Source: Oculatellaceae cyanobacterium bins.114
GTDB lineage: Bacteria > Cyanobacteriota > Cyanobacteriia > Elainellales > Elainellaceae
Direction: 5' to 3'
NCBI GenBank assembly: GCA_033764315.1
Contig: JANRJA010000130.1
Coordinates: 1 to 55,551, forward strand
DNA length: 55,551 nt
Positions 40,695 through 50,480 of the stretch are shown one piece after another. The notes beneath the pieces were generated by a model. That model ran no database searches. It saw nothing but the letters and a program-made list of their open reading frames with translations, and was not told where the DNA came from. Numbering within the stretch: the first letter of the stretch is position 1; each line of letters starts with the position of its first letter. The position numbers and the translations under genes were made by a program.

Positions 40695-41198
40695 TTAACT
40701 CTCGCCGCTTTTAGATTGCCCCCGTTGGGTAAAATCTTCTGGACGCAAATTGGCTAGAAAATCTCGGAAGGCTTGACGCTCTGCTTCATCGGCTTCTCGA
40801 TCTACTGGAATGGAGGCATCAGCAACCACTTCTTCAACAACCCAGATTGAGCTTTTAGTCCGCAAGGCAATGGCGATCGCATCACTAGGGCGAGCATCAA
40901 TTTCTTTCTTGATTTCTCCTTGACGAACCGTTAAAACTGCGTAAAACGTGTTGTCTTGCAAGGAATGAATTACAACCCTTTCCAGGGTCATATCCCAATC
41001 TTCCAAGATATTGACAATTAAATCGTGAGTTAGAGGGCGGGGTGGAGTTTGATTCTCTAAAGCACCGATAATTGCCCTTGCTTGGTCTTGACCAATGTAA
41101 ATCGGAAGCTGGCGACGATCCCCCGCGTCTCTCAATAACACGATCGGACTACGGGTTGCAGCATCTAAGGCAATTCCAGCGACTTTCATTTCGATCAT
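40695..41198 (-). CDS. Bifunctional nuclease family protein (DUF151)
   Basis: LPIYIG, PPRPLTHDL, IDARPSDAIAIA. Confidence 0.92.
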   Translation of the reverse strand: MIEMKVAGIALDAATRSPIVLLRDAGDRRQLPIYIGQDQARAIIGALENQTPPRPLTHDLIVNILEDWDMTLERVVIHSLQDNTFYAVLTVRQGEIKKEIDARPSDAIAIALRTKSSIWVVEEVVADASIPVDREADEAERQAFRDFLANLRPEDFTQRGQSKSGES

Positions 41199-41663
41199 TG
41201 ACTTAGCCTCTAGAATCCATTAAACAAAAGACGGGCAGATGGAGAATAAATGGACTTAAACCAAACCAATACTGACTGTGAGCCACTGTAACCACTGACT
41301 CTATAACCTCAGGGGTATATTTACAGCCGTGTTCTGTCAAGGAGCTACCCCCAGAGAGCCTAAACTCACTAAAGACTGAGCAAGTATGACAAGATCTAAG
41401 TTAGCCACTGAACGCCTTTAAAGGGTTAATGTTTCAAAAGTTTATTGAACTCCAGTATGCCCTGATCTTGTCTCTAATCCATAGTCTAATTCCGAAACTT
41501 TGACTAAAAAGTTTCATTGAATTAGATGTCACAAACCCATACATTTGTTCTTAATGTATTGTAGATGGATTAAACGTCTTCCTATAAGAAATACGACAGC
41601 CAGCCTACATTTCAGGGTAGATTAGGGGCTACTTCCTTAGTGTGACAGATTTTCTAGAAAGCC

Positions 41664-42389
41664 GTGTTTACAGGATTGATTCAATCGATCGGAACGATTC
41701 AACAGACAGGTGACGACGAACTCCAGATCACCTGGGGATCCGCATCCCTTGCTCCATTACAAGATGGTTTGGCAATTGGTGACAGTATTGCAGTAGACGG
41801 AATCTGCCTAACTGTTACTCAAATTGTCTCCTCTGGGTTTTTGGCATCTGCTTCACCCGAAACCTTGCACCGCACTACCTTAGAGCAACTACAGGGCACT
41901 GCCCGTGTCAACCTGGAAGCCTCTTTGCGCGTGGGGAGCAAGCTAGGAGGGCATTTTGTCACGGGTCACGTAGATGGAGTGGGTTATCTAGAAGCAGCTG
42001 TTTCCACAGCCAACGCTTGGGAAATCAGTTTTGCCGTCCCCGATGCCAGGGTCTCTCGCTATATTGTCTCTAAGGGCAGTATCGCTGTGAATGGGGTGAG
42101 TCTCACGGTGGCAGAATGTAGCCCAACTGGAGACTGGTTTAAGGTGGCAGTCATTCCACTGACGTATGCTGAGACTAACCTGCAATATCTGACTCCTGGC
42201 AGCCCAGTAAATTTAGAAGGGGATGTCTTGGGCAAGTATGTCGAGAAGTTTTTGCGGTTGGCGTCTCCCTCAAACGACCGAGCCGTTGCTGAGTTGGGGT
42301 GGATGATGCGCAGTAGTTCTCCTGATGGAGCGATCGCCCAAGCTGACGAGTTGACCCCTGCTTTTTTGGCAGAGCATGGGTATTTGTAA
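41664..42389 (+). CDS. ribE: Riboflavin synthase (alpha chain)
   Basis: MFTGLI, GDSIAVDGICLTV, GGHFVTGHVD, KGSIAVNGVSLTV, VNLEGD. Confidence 0.95.
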   Translation: MFTGLIQSIGTIQQTGDDELQITWGSASLAPLQDGLAIGDSIAVDGICLTVTQIVSSGFLASASPETLHRTTLEQLQGTARVNLEASLRVGSKLGGHFVTGHVDGVGYLEAAVSTANAWEISFAVPDARVSRYIVSKGSIAVNGVSLTVAECSPTGDWFKVAVIPLTYAETNLQYLTPGSPVNLEGDVLGKYVEKFLRLASPSNDRAVAELGWMMRSSSPDGAIAQADELTPAFLAEHGYL

Positions 42390-42398
42390 GCTCACTGC

Positions 42399-43154
42399 CT
42401 ACTTCAAAATCTGTTGAGCCACCTTTTGAACCTCGTGAGTATAGACGTGATTGGTGTACTCCAAACAAAAGATTCCTGAGCTAGACAACTGCACCATCTC
42501 ATCATTGAGCGGGAAAATACCAATCACAGGTGCCCGAAACTTTTGTTCGATTTGCTCCTCAATCGATTTAAAGTCGTGACTTGGCAACACTTTATTGATC
42601 ACCAAAGAAATTTTGGCAGTGTCGAGTTTACGAGCGACCTGTAAAGTCACGGCTGTCCCTTGAAAGTCTTGGCGATCGGGGCGCAGAATGATGATCAAGT
42701 TGTCGGAGATGGCAATAGACAATAGGGTTTCTTTATTTAACCCAGGATGGGTGTCGATAAATAAATAATCTAGGTTTAAGCCCTGACAGAGATGGCGCAC
42801 CCCATCATTGAGCATAGTGACGCTATAGCCCTCATTGAGAATTCGGGCAATTTCACCCGCTTTGATGCTAGAGGGAATGAGATGAATCGTGCCACCGCTT
42901 TTAGATACGGCATCTGGGGTGACATCATAGGCTGCTTCACCAATCGTGCAGCGACCCCAGAGATAATCGTTGAGCGATCGCGCCATTGTGCTTTCATCTA
43001 GCCCAAAAATGACATGAATCCCTGGAGATTGAATATCTGTATCAATAATGCCAACGCGATGACCTTGCCCAGCAACGACCGCAGACAGGTTGGCGGTCAG
43101 ATTAGACTTGCCGGTTCCACCACGGAATGAGTGTATGGAGATAATTTTTGTCAT
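42399..43154 (-). CDS. MinD/ParA-family ATPase, atypical RGGTGKS subtype
   Basis: IISIHSFRGGTGKS, IIDTDIQSPG, IDTHPG, VINKV; no C-terminal amphipathic helix. Confidence 0.88.
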   Translation of the reverse strand: MTKIISIHSFRGGTGKSNLTANLSAVVAGQGHRVGIIDTDIQSPGIHVIFGLDESTMARSLNDYLWGRCTIGEAAYDVTPDAVSKSGGTIHLIPSSIKAGEIARILNEGYSVTMLNDGVRHLCQGLNLDYLFIDTHPGLNKETLLSIAISDNLIIILRPDRQDFQGTAVTLQVARKLDTAKISLVINKVLPSHDFKSIEEQIEQKFRAPVIGIFPLNDEMVQLSSSGIFCLEYTNHVYTHEVQKVAQQILK

Positions 43155-43192
43155 GCATCCGCTCCCTGTCTGCTTGTTATCTTAATCATCCA

Positions 43193-44974
43193 TTACTCTG
43201 TGGTATCGTCTTGGCGATGCGAAGCAGTTCCTCCATCGGGATCAGCACCCTGACTTCGCAATCGTTTGGCCTCTTGCTGCAATTGGCGTAAGTATCCTGT
43301 TTCATAATCATCCTCTACTGGTGCACTCGTTTCTATATCAGACGTTTCAATCAACTCAGAGGATGGCTGTTCATGGCTCACCTCACTGTCTCGTTGCTCT
43401 CTCAACATCCTTGCCTTCTGTTGCAGGTTTTTGAGATAGTCTGCACCATCATCTGATTCTGAAACCTTTTTAGGTTCTAGGCTAGAAGGCTCAGCTACTT
43501 CCGATGCAGATGCATCTTCGGCACCCAAGCCATCACCCCGTTGCCCCCTTAAACTTTTGGCTCTTTGTTGTAAATCTTGGAAGTAATCTGTTTCAGTAAT
43601 TTCAGAGACCTGCTTCTCAAGTTTCTCATGATCAATCTCAATATTAAGCTTGAGGAAAGTTTTAACTTGGCGATAGACGTTTTGACCGTAAGTACTCTTA
43701 TTAAAACGATCAACTAAAACAGCTCCAGCTGCGGTGATAACGAAGGCGATCGCCGGGGGAACAAGAGGAATCCAACCATTGTTTAAGAAGACTAGGAAAC
43801 AAGTGCCATAGAGAACACCCACTGAGACTAGAATCATACCGCCAAATTTGAGAGGATGGCGGGCATACCATGCCAATACTCCACCGACTAATGACCATCC
43901 AAAAATCCAGATAATCTCAATTGAGTTATTCCACGTCCAAATGGTCGATTGCCCATCTAAAACAGCCCCTAAGATTTGGCTGACCACCTGAGCATGAACG
44001 ATGACCCCTGACATCTTCTGGTCGTCATCTTCTCCAGCACTGTATGGAGTATAAAAATCATCTTTGGCTTCAGGAGTGGTATATCCAATTAAAACAACAC
44101 GATCGCGAATCAGCTCAGGATTAATCCGTCCTTCTAGAACATCACTCAGGCTAACTTGAGCCGCGACATGATGGGACGATCGATAATCCAGCATAATCTG
44201 AAACCCAGCTGAATCGGCCGATTGGTAAGCTCCAGTCGTTGGTTCAAATGGATAAAAGGAAGTTGAGCCTAGTTTCAACACTCCAGAGGGAGTCAACTCA
44301 GCAGTCACATTCTGAGGGGCAAGATAGTGCAGTGCCAATTGCAAACTTAACGCTACCAGAGGGGCATTGGGATCACTGCAAAAGTGTTTGATTGAATTGG
44401 GTCGATTAGAAGGTGGAGGAACAACTAATAGGAGGCTACGGCGCAAAGTCCCCCCCGGATCAACCACTAAATCAGCAAAGCCAATTCGATCACCAGGAAT
44501 ATCTGGCGGCGGCGGAGTACCAGGTTCATCTGAAGCACTAACTTTGCAAACCGTGATAATGCGATCGCTCTGCTGCAATACGCCCAATAACTCCTCTCGT
44601 CCTTCCCCAATTGGAATATCCCGCATGATGTCTAACCCAATCACACGCGGATTCTGTTCCTCTAAAACTGTCAACAACTTAGCGAGTGTGCGATCAGAGA
44701 TAGGCCACTCTTGACGACGTTGAATATCGTCTTCTGTAATGCCAACAATAAGCAGTCGATCGTCTTCTCCTTTATCAGGTTGGCTCCGAACGAGATGATC
44801 GTAGGCAGCCAATTCCATGCCCTGCAAACCCCCTAAATAGCGTAACCCCAACAGCAGGGAGGTTAGCGTCAAGCTAGTAAACAAGACTGGACGACCCACG
44901 TCTAGCAAAACTGGCTTAACCTGGTCAAACCAGGGTACTTTAGATTGAATAGCCTCTAACAAACGACGGGGCAT
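43193..44974 (-). CDS. CHASE2-domain transmembrane sensor without a catalytic output domain
   Basis: N-terminal TM, LLIVGITEDD..WPISD, IGLDI, VVDPGG..RR, VLIG, DDFYTPY, GVIVHAQVVSQIL, three TM helices, then a short repeated cytoplasmic tail. Confidence 0.9.
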   Translation of the reverse strand: MPRRLLEAIQSKVPWFDQVKPVLLDVGRPVLFTSLTLTSLLLGLRYLGGLQGMELAAYDHLVRSQPDKGEDDRLLIVGITEDDIQRRQEWPISDRTLAKLLTVLEEQNPRVIGLDIMRDIPIGEGREELLGVLQQSDRIITVCKVSASDEPGTPPPPDIPGDRIGFADLVVDPGGTLRRSLLLVVPPPSNRPNSIKHFCSDPNAPLVALSLQLALHYLAPQNVTAELTPSGVLKLGSTSFYPFEPTTGAYQSADSAGFQIMLDYRSSHHVAAQVSLSDVLEGRINPELIRDRVVLIGYTTPEAKDDFYTPYSAGEDDDQKMSGVIVHAQVVSQILGAVLDGQSTIWTWNNSIEIIWIFGWSLVGGVLAWYARHPLKFGGMILVSVGVLYGTCFLVFLNNGWIPLVPPAIAFVITAAGAVLVDRFNKSTYGQNVYRQVKTFLKLNIEIDHEKLEKQVSEITETDYFQDLQQRAKSLRGQRGDGLGAEDASASEVAEPSSLEPKKVSESDDGADYLKNLQQKARMLREQRDSEVSHEQPSSELIETSDIETSAPVEDDYETGYLRQLQQEAKRLRSQGADPDGGTASHRQDDTTE

Positions 44975-45629
44975 GGCAAAGTCAACGAGGGATGAACCTG
45001 ATTATGGGGCAGGAGTCAATCTTTGAAAATGTACAAAACCAAATATCTCTTTAGAAACCAGATCTGCACCCTACATATACCCTCATGCATAAATCTGCCG
45101 TAGTCAACGTAATGATCTTACAGATGAACAACAAACATGCTTGGTAGTCTAACCCGTTGAGTAGTCATCAAGATCCTCCTAGTCAAGCGTGAACCAGCTT
45201 AGCTCCGGTGTATCGCCGACGCAGGATAGTAGTAAATATTACTACAGTTCATTCATGGCTCACCATCAAATACACGACGCTTCCAGCAAATTAGATACTT
45301 CTTTAGGCATTACGTACCTTGTTTTTCTCAAACAATTATGCAATTGTTATATTTTTTATCTTGAGATAATAACTGGACTCACCTCTAATTTGCCCGTAAT
45401 TTTTGTGTTTCAAACTGTGTAATATATTGGCACGATTTCTCAGCAACCTGATTAGATTAATTAAGAGGTAGATAGGATTGTGGTTTTGCGGATTAAACAG
45501 ACTTGGCTGTGGAGTAAACTATTAAGCTTAACTTAGTTGGGCAGCGATTGCCAAACGTTTTAGGCTTTGGCTATTTCATAAAACTTTTGAGTTACACATT
45601 CGTCCATATATTCTTGTAGAGCGATAACG

Positions 45630-46352
45630 ATGGCAAGGCTATTTCTGCGTCTTACTTCTATTTCTGCTTCCTTGTTCCTGGGCTTAATCGTACCTATCGG
45701 GGTCTCCACTGCCGTCCTTGCACAAAGTATTCAATTTAATGCCCCTTCTATTGGCGCACCTGGTAATCGGGAGTCAGGTGCATCTCGGAGTGCTCCTTGT
45801 GCCACTAGCGATCGCGGATTAAAAGCACTGTTACCAGAAACGAATGTCGGCTTGACGACAGAAGCTCGTCCTACATTTTTTGCCTACATTCCTCCCTCCT
45901 CTGCTAAAACCGCAGAATTTATCCTCTATGAAGATGGCACCGACGAACTGATTTATAGCACGGCTTTAGACATCACTGGTGAGTCGGGTATTGCCAACAT
46001 CAGCCTCCCTTCTGACCCTAATATTCCTTCTCTAGAAGTCAACAAAACCTATTACTGGTATTTCACAGTCATTTGTGATGCTGATGATCGCTCGGCTGAC
46101 ATGACTGTTCAAGGCACCATCCAACGGGTTCCTGTCAGTTCAGATTTGGCGCGCCAGTTAGCCTCCGCCTCATCTCAAGAACGTCCAGCTATTTATGCAG
46201 CAGCGGGTATTTGGCAAGATGCTCTGGCTGCTCTAGCAGCTCTCAATCGCCTTGAGCCTAACAACCCCAATGTTCGCTCAAATTGGAACTCATTGCTAGC
46301 AGCGGTTGGCTTGCAAGATATTGCCAATGAGCAGCTTTTTGATCAAAATTAG
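45630..46352 (+). CDS. DUF928-domain exported protein
   Basis: Signal peptide; G.PGNRESGASR, ALLP..GLT...PTFFAYIP, YYWYF, YAAAGIWQDAL, WNSLL..VGL. Confidence 0.88.
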   Translation: MARLFLRLTSISASLFLGLIVPIGVSTAVLAQSIQFNAPSIGAPGNRESGASRSAPCATSDRGLKALLPETNVGLTTEARPTFFAYIPPSSAKTAEFILYEDGTDELIYSTALDITGESGIANISLPSDPNIPSLEVNKTYYWYFTVICDADDRSADMTVQGTIQRVPVSSDLARQLASASSQERPAIYAAAGIWQDALAALAALNRLEPNNPNVRSNWNSLLAAVGLQDIANEQLFDQN

Positions 46353-46437
46353 TTACACAAAATGTAGCGAATTTGACTATTGGGTGCAAATAAAGAAAGC
46401 ATATTCAATTAATCCGCTGAGATCCGTTCGGGGGATC

Positions 46438-47583
46438 ATGGCAAAGCAAAAAAACCAACAGACACAGCCAAGCTCTAAGCTCAATTCTCGCAAGATTACT
46501 TCGCTCATGCAGCTTCATGGTCTAATCCAGAAGCAATTGCATCAGCGGCTAGATCCGGTTATCAATTGGTTTATTAACTCGCCCACTTGGTTAATCGTTA
46601 GTCTTGCTTTATTGGTTCTGGCAGGTCTTGACTTATGGAGTGCATCGGACAAGGTTCAATCGATTCGAGATGGAATCTCTATATTGCTTGATCGCGTAGA
46701 AGCGATGGGGGTTTTGGCGGCTGTTGTCATCTTCATTAAAGAGGCTCCTCTGCGAATTGCCATGAAACACTACGAGGCATGGAAAGCGATTGATGCGGCT
46801 CATGGCATCAAAACCAGCTATGCCCGTTATCACGCTTTTGAAGACCTGTGCAAGGCTGGAGTAAGTCTGAAAGGGTTAGATATCTCCGGTGCGGATCTTA
46901 ACGCCATTAATTTGCATAAGGCTGATTTGAGCAACGCCAATTTAAGAGAAGCCCAGTTTCAGGGAGCCATTTTGTCTCAAGCTAACTTGAGTAAAGCGGA
47001 TTTGAGTGGTGCTGATCTGTTGAACGTCGATTTTCGGGGAGCTGACCTGCGGGGAACTGACTTGCGGGGAGCTAATCTCAATGGCGCAAACATGAATGGG
47101 GCAAACTTAAGTGGAGCGAATCTGGGTAACGCAAATTTGAAAATTGCCGATCTTAAATTTGCCAATCTGCGGGGAGCAAATTTAAAAGGAGCCAGTTTAC
47201 GAGGGGCAAACCTACAAGGAGCCAGTTTATATCTAGCAGACGTGACTCAAGCCAACTTGAGTAAGACTGACATGGCCCAAACTGATTTGAGTCAGGCCGT
47301 CTTTAGGGGCACCAACTTGTCGATGGCACATCTCAATGGAGCCTGTTTTCATCGAGCGATCTTAGTCGAGGCAGACCTCTGGGGAGCAGAGCTGAGTCAA
47401 GCAGATTTAGATGGTGCAAACTTTAAAGGGGCACAAGGACTGACCCTAGCCCAAGTTAAAACAGCCTTAAATTGGGAGCAGGCAACCTATGACGAAGGCT
47501 TTTTGCAGGAAAGCAATTTGCCTGCAACGGCAGAGCCTTCCTTAACTGATTTGCTCTATAAGAAGCTGACAGGGGATATCTAA
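46438..47583 (+). CDS. Membrane-anchored pentapeptide-repeat protein
   Basis: Two hydrophobic segments then a long A(D/N)Lxx array; start moved to ATG 46438. Confidence 0.88.
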   Translation: MAKQKNQQTQPSSKLNSRKITSLMQLHGLIQKQLHQRLDPVINWFINSPTWLIVSLALLVLAGLDLWSASDKVQSIRDGISILLDRVEAMGVLAAVVIFIKEAPLRIAMKHYEAWKAIDAAHGIKTSYARYHAFEDLCKAGVSLKGLDISGADLNAINLHKADLSNANLREAQFQGAILSQANLSKADLSGADLLNVDFRGADLRGTDLRGANLNGANMNGANLSGANLGNANLKIADLKFANLRGANLKGASLRGANLQGASLYLADVTQANLSKTDMAQTDLSQAVFRGTNLSMAHLNGACFHRAILVEADLWGAELSQADLDGANFKGAQGLTLAQVKTALNWEQATYDEGFLQESNLPATAEPSLTDLLYKKLTGDI

Positions 47584-47584
47584 G

Positions 47585-47801
47585 TAACGTCAGTTCGGTT
47601 TAAGCAGCCCAGCGAATCAATTCGCGGCTACCAGAACGAAGTCCGCCTTCGCAGACTGGCAAAATCAAAGGTTTACTGAACCGATGCAGGTCGTTTTTGA
47701 GAAAGGGCATACTCTAGCCAAAGATTTCACCTTTACACCTCGGCCCAACTACGGGTCTATTGCTATAACCCTAAGGCGGGTTTGGCTCCTCAACCGAATT
47801 G
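47585..47801. repeat. Degenerate MITE-like element between convergent genes
   Basis: CAGTTCGGTT (47591-47600) / AACCGAATTG (47792-47801) termini; internal GCGAATCAATTCGC and AGTCCGCCTTCGCAGACT hairpins. Confidence 0.55.
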
Positions 47802-47816
47802 TAACCAGAAGTCACC

Positions 47817-50480
47817 TTATAACCAATTGCCGACAATGACATAGGGTGCCCAGTAATAGGGATGTTGGCGCAACTCAGGAACTTGTAGCACCTTGAGTTG
47901 CGCTTGACGTAATGCTTCAGCTTTGGTTAATGCTGCCTCATTCAATCCTTGATAAAACTGATTCATTAAGAGAGCCGTTGCTTCATCGCTCACCTGCCAA
48001 AGAGTTGCCAAAGTGCTACGTGCACCTGCTCGGACTGCAATTCCGGCTAAGCCCAAGGCCGCTTGGCGATCGCCCGCTGCCGTTTGACAAGCACTAAGCA
48101 CCAGCAACTCAATCGGATTTGTTTGAGTCAGGTCAGCTGTTTGCAACAACGTGTTGAGTTGGTTAATGTTGATGCGATCATCCCAGGTGAGAATAAACGT
48201 TTGCTCTAACTCAGAGCTAAATTTGCCGTGAGTCGCCAAGTGAACGATAGAAACTGGGTTTTCTGAGATTTCAGATTGAAAGCCTGTGCTAGTAAAGCTT
48301 TCATTGAGTAGGATGCGGCTTTGTACTTCTTGTTGAATTTGCTGTAACTCTGGCAATACGCTTGGCAATGCCGAAAAGCCTTGCCGAGATTCGGTTAGCC
48401 CTGCTGTCAAAACTTTTAACTGTGCTATCTGAAGGGGGCGAGGGTCTAGCAATTGCAGCCCTGGTGTCAATGCCAGACTATATTTTTCTAATAAATAGTT
48501 TTGTCCATCATTTAACACTGCCATTGGCACATTTCGGAGCGAGCCATCTAGCACAAACACCAATGTTTTAGTGCCACTATTGGCGAGATCCGTTTCAGCC
48601 GGACGAATGATCCAGTCATAGAGACGTCGCGCCAGTGGCAGAAATTGGCGGCTTGTCCGAGTAACCAGACTCCGCCGGATCTGGGTAATTGTGTTTTCAA
48701 TTTCCTCTCTAGGGACTGGGCTGGAATAATGACGCAGAGGCTGCTGAGGCAGACTGATCACCACTTCTAAGCGATCGTCCAAAATGATGGGATAGACTAC
48801 TGTAGCTTCGGCATCTAGTTGATCGATGCTAACGGATTTAGCATCTAAACAGGCTTCCCGAAAAAAGTTGTCTAGCTCTGCCAACTGCAAAGACTCAATC
48901 ACTTTACGAGCCTTTTCTAAATTGTCTTGGCTGGTTTCATTGCCATCTGGGGTTAACAACAAACTTACAAGTTGTCGGTGAATTGGTTCTACACTTTCTT
49001 GAAACGAAAGTTGCACTTCTGGATTAATGGCAACTAAATCGTTGCGTAAGCTCTGCAATGTATCCACTGCACTGCTGTAAGCGGCGATCGCCCCGGCATA
49101 TTTATCAACCCGAGTTGCCTGTAAATCTGCTTCTGCTTTAAGAATGCGCCCCAACTGCCATTGCCAGCGATAGGCAATATCAGAAGCATTAACGGTTTGT
49201 GCTAAGACCAATGCTTGCTCAGTGAGAGTTTTAGCTCTAGCTAACTGACCTGACTTTTCATATAAACCCCCTAAGCTTCCCAAAGCAAAAGATTCTGCCC
49301 GTAAATCGGTCAAGGCTTGAGCGTGTTGCCGTGCTCTCAGCAGTATCTGTTCGGCGGTTGGTGATCCGGTTTCACCCATTTGATGAGACGACACCCTGCC
49401 CAAGCGCATTAAACTCTGAGCAAAATTTACTTGAGCGTAGGTTAGTGCCTGACTGTGGGGAAGGCGATCGAGTTGCACCGTAATTTGGGGAACCAACTGT
49501 TGAGCTTGAGCCACTTGGTCAGTATCAATCAGCAGACTCAGTTGATTGAGTTCTGCTCGAGCTTTAGTCAACGGCAAGGGAGCCATCGCAGCCGCTTGTT
49601 GGTAAAACTCTAACGCCGTGCCTGCATCACCTTGAGCACGAGCCGTGTTACCCAGACTAAATTGAGTAGCACTGATTTCGTTAGGAAGTTGCAACTGTTG
49701 GGCGATCGCCAGAGCCGCTTCTAACATTTGTTGCGATCGGGCGAGCGAGCCGATCCCCTGTAAGGCTTCGCCTAAACTGCGTAGAGCGACAATTTTGGTG
49801 GGGGAGTCAGGTTGGCTTTGCAGGGTTTCAGTCAGTGGTGCAAGAGTGGCGATCGCCCGCCGATAAAACCCTAAAGATTGCAGTGCTTGTGCCTGATTGA
49901 TCTGATTGCGCAATGCGCCCGTTTCATCACCCAATTGTTGATAAATAGCAGTTGCCTGCTCCCAAGTTGTCAATGCTTGCTCAGTTTGACCCTGTTGTAG
50001 TTGCAAACTTCCTTGTAAGTTGAGCACTCGTGCCAATGTAGGGAGGCGGTTGGCATTCGTGGAGGATTGCACCTGTTGCAAACTCGTGGCGATCGCCTCA
50101 TTTGCAGCGGCTAAATTGCCCATTGTTTGGTAGACCAATGCCAGATTGCGGAGTGCCATCGCCTGTCCCAGACTATTGCCCTCTGCTTCATAGGCTTGAA
50201 TGGCACGTTGTAAAGTGGCGATCGCATCAGAATATTGCCCGGTTTCATACAACTGCTGCCCTGTTTGAGCCAACATCGCCGCACTGGGGCTTTGACTCAA
50301 CACAGGAGTCGCCGCAACACACAGCAACACCGTCAGGACAAAAGGAAGGATGAACCGGAACGGATGACGGATGACAGAGAAAGTACGAAACTGACCCTTT
50401 TGATCCTTTGACCTTGTGCTTTTAGCCTGCCTCAAAACGGTGTGTAGACGATGGAAAAATAAACCCCACTTTCTTGCCAT
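47817..50480 (-). CDS. TPR + CHAT (caspase HetF-associated) domain protein, probably exported
   Basis: Hydrophobic signal/TM segment, TPR array, YRWQWQLG, VHLATHG and LVLSACQT catalytic dyad, HPYYWAPY..VGNWL. Confidence 0.9.
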   Translation of the reverse strand: MARKWGLFFHRLHTVLRQAKSTRSKDQKGQFRTFSVIRHPFRFILPFVLTVLLCVAATPVLSQSPSAAMLAQTGQQLYETGQYSDAIATLQRAIQAYEAEGNSLGQAMALRNLALVYQTMGNLAAANEAIATSLQQVQSSTNANRLPTLARVLNLQGSLQLQQGQTEQALTTWEQATAIYQQLGDETGALRNQINQAQALQSLGFYRRAIATLAPLTETLQSQPDSPTKIVALRSLGEALQGIGSLARSQQMLEAALAIAQQLQLPNEISATQFSLGNTARAQGDAGTALEFYQQAAAMAPLPLTKARAELNQLSLLIDTDQVAQAQQLVPQITVQLDRLPHSQALTYAQVNFAQSLMRLGRVSSHQMGETGSPTAEQILLRARQHAQALTDLRAESFALGSLGGLYEKSGQLARAKTLTEQALVLAQTVNASDIAYRWQWQLGRILKAEADLQATRVDKYAGAIAAYSSAVDTLQSLRNDLVAINPEVQLSFQESVEPIHRQLVSLLLTPDGNETSQDNLEKARKVIESLQLAELDNFFREACLDAKSVSIDQLDAEATVVYPIILDDRLEVVISLPQQPLRHYSSPVPREEIENTITQIRRSLVTRTSRQFLPLARRLYDWIIRPAETDLANSGTKTLVFVLDGSLRNVPMAVLNDGQNYLLEKYSLALTPGLQLLDPRPLQIAQLKVLTAGLTESRQGFSALPSVLPELQQIQQEVQSRILLNESFTSTGFQSEISENPVSIVHLATHGKFSSELEQTFILTWDDRININQLNTLLQTADLTQTNPIELLVLSACQTAAGDRQAALGLAGIAVRAGARSTLATLWQVSDEATALLMNQFYQGLNEAALTKAEALRQAQLKVLQVPELRQHPYYWAPYVIVGNWL

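Noticed and set aside
41199..41663. FMN riboswitch upstream of riboflavin synthase
   Set aside because: No AGGGTGAAATTCCC-type RFN core found
42399..43154. Cell-division minD or chromosome-partition parA
   Set aside because: No minC/minE or parB adjacent, Arg in place of the signature Lys, and no C-terminal membrane-targeting helix
45189..45422. 77-aa ORF in the CHASE2-DUF928 spacer
   Set aside because: GTG start without an RBS, AT-rich promoter-like sequence, no recognisable motif
46900..47440. Periodic DNA suggesting a repeat array or CRISPR
   Set aside because: 15-nt periodicity is explained by pentapeptide-repeat coding; no identical repeats with unique spacers anywhere in the window
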